This document shows, piece after piece, positions 51,678 through 56,479 of a stretch of DNA of 56,479 bases (the first letter of the stretch is position 1; each line of letters opens with the position of its first letter). This DNA is from Octopus bimaculoides. Lineage: Eukaryota. The notes under the pieces were generated by a model. The model saw only the letters and a program-made list of their open reading frames with translations. It searched no databases and was not told the origin of the DNA. A program made the position numbers and the translations under genes. The DNA is taken from assembly GCF_001194135.2 (NCBI RefSeq), contig NC_068983.1, positions 70,250,074 through 70,306,552 on the forward strand. Direction: 5' to 3'.

Positions 51678-51726
<49 letters not shown>

Positions 51727-51919
51727 NNNNNNNNNNNNNNNNNNNNNNNNNNNNNNNNNNNNNNNNNNNNNNNNNNNNNNNNNNNNNNNNNNNNNNNNNN
51801 NNNNNNNNNNNNNNNNNNNNNNNNNNNNNNNNNNNNNNNNNNNNNNNNNNNNNNNNNNNNNNNNNNNNNNNNNNNNNNNNNNNNNNNNNNNNNNNNNNNN
51901 NNNNNNNNNNNNNNNNNNN

Positions 51920-51972
<53 letters not shown>

Positions 51973-52999
51973 TATTTATATATTGCTATACATTTACATC
52001 TGTATAACACATCTTGTTTTACCATAATTTATACAATGCATGAATAGATAAACCATCAATAGTTACTGCAATTATTATTATTTGTCTTTCATTTTCTAAC
52101 ATTTTGCTTGCAGCTGGAATTATTATGTATCAGGTTAATAATCCATATCTTGCTAACTAAAAGTATTCCTGCCAGCTATCTGTAACAATGTCTCCAATCT
52201 TATTTCAGTCTCCACTCACTCTATGCTTTAAGCCTATAGAAATTGATTCTATAATTCTTGTTTGCTAATCATGTTTTATATGATGTCTTTAATGTTTTTT
52301 TTTTGTTTTAAATCTTTGCTCTCAGTGATGTTTCTGGCACCAGTGCCATAGTATTATAAGACATATGTCTGGCACCAGCATCTTTGCCATTAATTTGTTT
52401 CTCATCATCACCTTTTCTTCATTGTTATATTAATTGATATATGAGAATATATTGCTCAATTTTCTTTCTATATGACCTTATGACCTCTTTTATCCAGCCC
52501 AGGGTCACACTACCTTCTTCATCTTGAATTCTTTCTCACTTTCTTTCTCTTTGTTGATAACTCCTATACAGCATATATTACTGTTTAAACCACCAAAAGA
52601 GATCAAAGTATATCTGTATTTCAGTCTATACCCTCCACCAAATATCATATGTACATATGTCTACACACACACATATGTGTATATAGTGTGTGTGTGTGTA
52701 ATATCATCTGGGTAATAACCTATAATGTGCATTTCAAAGCTTCTCTACATTTATCGGCTACCATATGCAATCATACAAGAGGAATACTCCTTTTACTGAA
52801 CATAAATGTGGAAATCCATTACTGTATGCAGATTTTATATAAAAAGAGATTTATTATACAAGAAGATTAAATGAACAGGCTTTATTCCAAATCACAAATT
52901 ATTTCTGTGCATTAACAACAGCTGTTAGTTGCTGAGTGTTTCACATATTATACTTATTATCATAAAAATATTATATACATATTAATATGATCAGCAATA

Positions 53000-53240
53000 G
53001 ATATGCACTCGCACATCATCAGGTGAGTGGCTTTGAGAGAACTTCTGGATCACCTATAGTTTCCCAATGTTTTATTGCAATATTCTATTTTTAGTATTCC
53101 CTTGATAAAGAGCAGCACACAGATTCAAATAGACACAAGTCTTATAAAATACCAAATAGATTAATAGAAATAAAAATCAAAAATGTAAATTATGAAATAA
53201 ATAGATTAAAATTAATCGATGGAAATTAAACAAATCAAAT
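53000..53240 (+). repeat. Repeat copy forming an inverted pair with about 55920-56170
   Basis: gcacatcatcaggtgagtggctt...ttcccttgataaagagca...gacacaagtc...aataaaaatcaa aligns by eye with the reverse complement of 55920-56170 at roughly 75-80% identity. Confidence 0.75.
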
Positions 53241-53914
53241 ATATAATATACTTATTAACGAAACCTCATATTCAGTTTTTTCTTTAGCATAGATGTGTCT
53301 TGCCTATTATGAAAATAGATTAGCACTCTAACATAATAATATTGTCAAAATATAAACTAGAAGCATATACCTGTTAAATATTGAATAATACTTACAAGAT
53401 CTAGGGAAATGTCTATCTAGTGTGGAGAAAGATTTTCTAGCAATTTGAAGAGGCATATGGTGAAATTGTCACATGCAACATCAAATAACTTTAAATACCA
53501 TATTCATAAAGCTGAATATGGCAATTGTAGACTCTAAAAATATCATCTGGAATAACACAGGTCCAAAGTGTAGGGAAGACCATAATGCTGTGGAGCAAAA
53601 TCTTGATAGTCCAGGTGATCCTAATATAAGTATATATATCAACATTAGCATAGGTAATAGGAGTAGCAACTGGAATAGCACTGGGAATGACAGCAATGAG
53701 AATAATGGAAATAAAAGTAGTAATAATAACAGCAATAACTATCACAATAAAAGGAAAAATATGAAAACAAATACAAGGAGCAACCTGGTTGCAAATAATA
53801 ATATAAAAATGAAATTGTTGAGATAAGAAAGCATGTCCTTTGGTGAATGAATGCTTATGTAGAAATGTTATATATAAATGTACAGTAAAAACAAGTGCAT
53901 ATTTATATATGAAC

Positions 53915-54575
53915 TTACAGAGGCAATGACCAAGACCTCTGGAGATATGCTGTGATTAAGAAGACCCAGCAAGTAAAGCGAGATCACAGCCATAACCTAC
54001 ACCAATGTCACATAATCAGCCCATTTAAAAAGTACCTTTGAATCATCAGGTGACATTCCATGCTTGTGGAGACCTATTGAGTCAAGTAAAATCAAAAATC
54101 AAAATCAAAAATCAAAATCAAAATCAAAATCAAATCAAATCACAGTTAAACGGAAATTGTAGTTGTGGTTGATGCCAGTGCTGCCTGACTGGCTCCCATG
54201 CTGGTGGCACGCAATAAGCACCATGCATGCATGGGTTGTTGCCAGTGCCACCTGACTGGATCCCCACACTGGTGGTACATAAAAAGCACCATCTGAACAT
54301 GGTCAACGCCAGTCCCCTGGCTCCTGTGCCGGTAACACGTAAAAGGCACCATCTGAACATAGCTGATGCCAGTGCCACCTGACTGGCTCCTGTGCTGGTG
54401 GCACATATAAAGCACCCACTACACTTTCGGAGTGGTAGGCATAAGGAAGGGCATCCAGCTGTAGAAACATTGCCAGATCAGATTGGAACCTGGTGCAGCC
54501 TCCTGGCTTGCCAGTCCCCAGTCAAACCGTCCAACCCATGCCAGCATGGAAAACGGACGTTAAACGATGATGGTG
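53915..54575 (+). mobile_element. LINE 3' end (probably RTE-type) with (AAAATC)n, tandem 3' UTR units of about 60 bp and a (GAT)n tail
   Basis: The start contains the ORF-end-like fragment QDLWRYAVIKKTQQ. Then (AAAATC)n at about 54088-54140, four gatgccagtgc...aagcacc units, and a tail shared with other copies. Confidence 0.7.
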
Positions 54576-54588
54576 ATAAATATGTACA

Positions 54589-54668
<80 letters not shown>

Positions 54669-55919
54669 TATATATATAGGTGTAACAAGTGACACTTTCA
54701 AAAACTGCTGGGGGAATCATACAGCATCATTTATGAGCAACTGCAAAAGGCAATTTGCATCACTCAGACCTTATATGGGACTTCACATTGTAAAAAGTAC
54801 AATGCAGCATGACTTGAACAGCAATGCAAAATGTGAAACTATATAACGCATACTCAAAAGTCTGTAACCTCTACCTGGAAGAGACACTTGAAATAGCATT
54901 GTTGTGATAAAATAATCAACAAATGCTCAAAAATTATATTAACATGTAATCATAGCTTTAAAAGACCATTTCTGGAATTTAGAAACAATATGTGACATCA
55001 ATATTACATCAATCTTTCATTTATACAAAAATGCATTTATAATTTGGTGATTACTTCTACTGGCAAGATTATATTGTTGCTTACATGAATTATCTGATAT
55101 TCATAATAATTTGTATGTATCTATGATCATTTAGTTATATCAATCCACAATTCACTCAAAACTGCTATTATAATGTTTCAGTATCATTAATGTTATGCTT
55201 ATTTATATTGCTGTCCACCTAAATTGTGTAATCCTATAATAACTGATATGTTAGGTACAATTATTTAGGTAAAGGGGAAATGACTATAGAATGAACCTTC
55301 TTGTTCTGACAGAATGTTGTAGCGTAAGTGGAAAATGACTGGTATAGTGGCATGGAGAGATGCACATTCATGAGAGCAAAAATCTGTCTAATTTTAGATA
55401 GATGTATATTGGTATATATAAATATATGTATGTTAATGCAAAATAAAAGAATATGTGTACATAATATATATGTGGGAGAGAAAACTATTGATTTAACCTC
55501 ACATTATTGAGTGAAAAGAATCATCAATTGTATGTATGTACCTATATGTGTGTGTGTACATGGGTATGACTCTGTGCAAGTGTCTAAGAATGTCTGTATA
55601 TAAATGTACAAATGTATGTGAATGCATGAGCATATAAGGATGTGATAGCATCTATTAATGACTGATTAAACGACTGTGATGGGAACCAAGCACAGCTAAA
55701 TTTAAGTTTATGAGCAGCCTAGTAGACAAGCTGGTATCCTGCTGGGGTAATAAGTTGACCACCCGTCCTTTGAAGAAAGATGTTTACAGACAAAAGAGAT
55801 AAAGAATTCTTCTAGTTTATATTTTTGCAACATTATTATGTTAGAGTTAACCTATCTTCATAAAAAGCAAGACACATCTATGCAAAAGAAAAGACTGAAT
55901 ATGAGGTTTTGATAATTTA

Positions 55920-56190
55920 TATTTTATACTTTTAATTTTTTATTTCCTTTAATTAATTCTGGTCTATTTATTTTATAATTTACATTCTTGATTTTTATTT
56001 CCCTTAATTTCTTTGGTATTTTATATGACTTGTGTCTATCGAAGTCTATATGTTGCTCTTTATCAAGGGAATGTAAAAAATAGAATATTGGTGTAAAACA
56101 ATGGGAAGCTATAAGCAATCCAGCAGTGTCCAAAAAGCCACTCATCTGATGATGTGCAATGCATAGCAATAGCTATGCACTTGCACATCA
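55920..56190 (-). repeat. Inverted partner of 53000-53240 ending in an 18-bp hairpin (56150-56190)
   Basis: tgatgtgcaa-tgcatagc-aata-gctatgca-c-ttgcacatca closes this copy. Confidence 0.7.
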
Positions 56191-56417
56191 TATTTATATA
56201 TGTATAATGTCTTTACAATGTGTTATAGCTTGTGAAGTGCTCAGCAAGTAACAGCTGTTACTAATGCACAAAAACAATCGTAATTTGGATTAAAAGCTGT
56301 TCATTCCATCTTCTTGTATTATTATCTTTTTTATACATGTATGTATATATCTTTGTGTGTATGTTTATATATTGATATATATATGTGTGTAGATATATAT
56401 CCATGTATATATATATA

Positions 56418-56479
<62 letters not shown>

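Noticed and set aside
53097-53150. TTGATAA-AGAGC as a U3/A8 hammerhead variant
   Set aside because: The stem II partner, GAAA and stem I are not supported in either copy.
53473-53826. 117-aa Asn-rich ORF
   Set aside because: Degenerate (AAT)n-like low-complexity sequence with no splice or domain support.

Overview
AT-rich animal genomic DNA, rich in microsatellites and SINEs, from a draft assembly. N-gaps lie at about 14602-14679, 20159-20270, 33314-33372, 35074-35083, 42363-42372, 50486-50551 and 51727-51919. The repeat landscape resembles Octopus or another cephalopod; this is an inference from recognising the repeats, not proof. The window lies inside one + strand gene, an R7-family regulator of G-protein signalling (RGS7/RGS6/EGL-10-like). 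Four internal coding exons (4395-4536, 12610-12691, 17821-17895, 37946-38035) splice in frame through the DEP-helical-extension region and the following linker. I found neither the upstream exons nor the GGL/RGS exons in this window. The rest is intron containing dead mobile DNA: a full-length mariner, an internally deleted maT/DD37D element, an RTE LINE fragment, three R4/Dong-like fragments beside (TAA)n, and many tRNA-derived SINEs. Nearly all ORFs in the supplied track are microsatellite or random artefacts. The most unusual signal is a repeated fold-back element of about 600 bp (two copies, 11-13 bp TSDs). It is built from two back-to-back tRNA-like Pol III heads, each followed by (TAA)n and a minimal type I hammerhead ribozyme motif. 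Also present are a second, unrelated hammerhead motif, a GG-ended TIR element with inward-facing telomere-like repeats, and several near-perfect palindromes.
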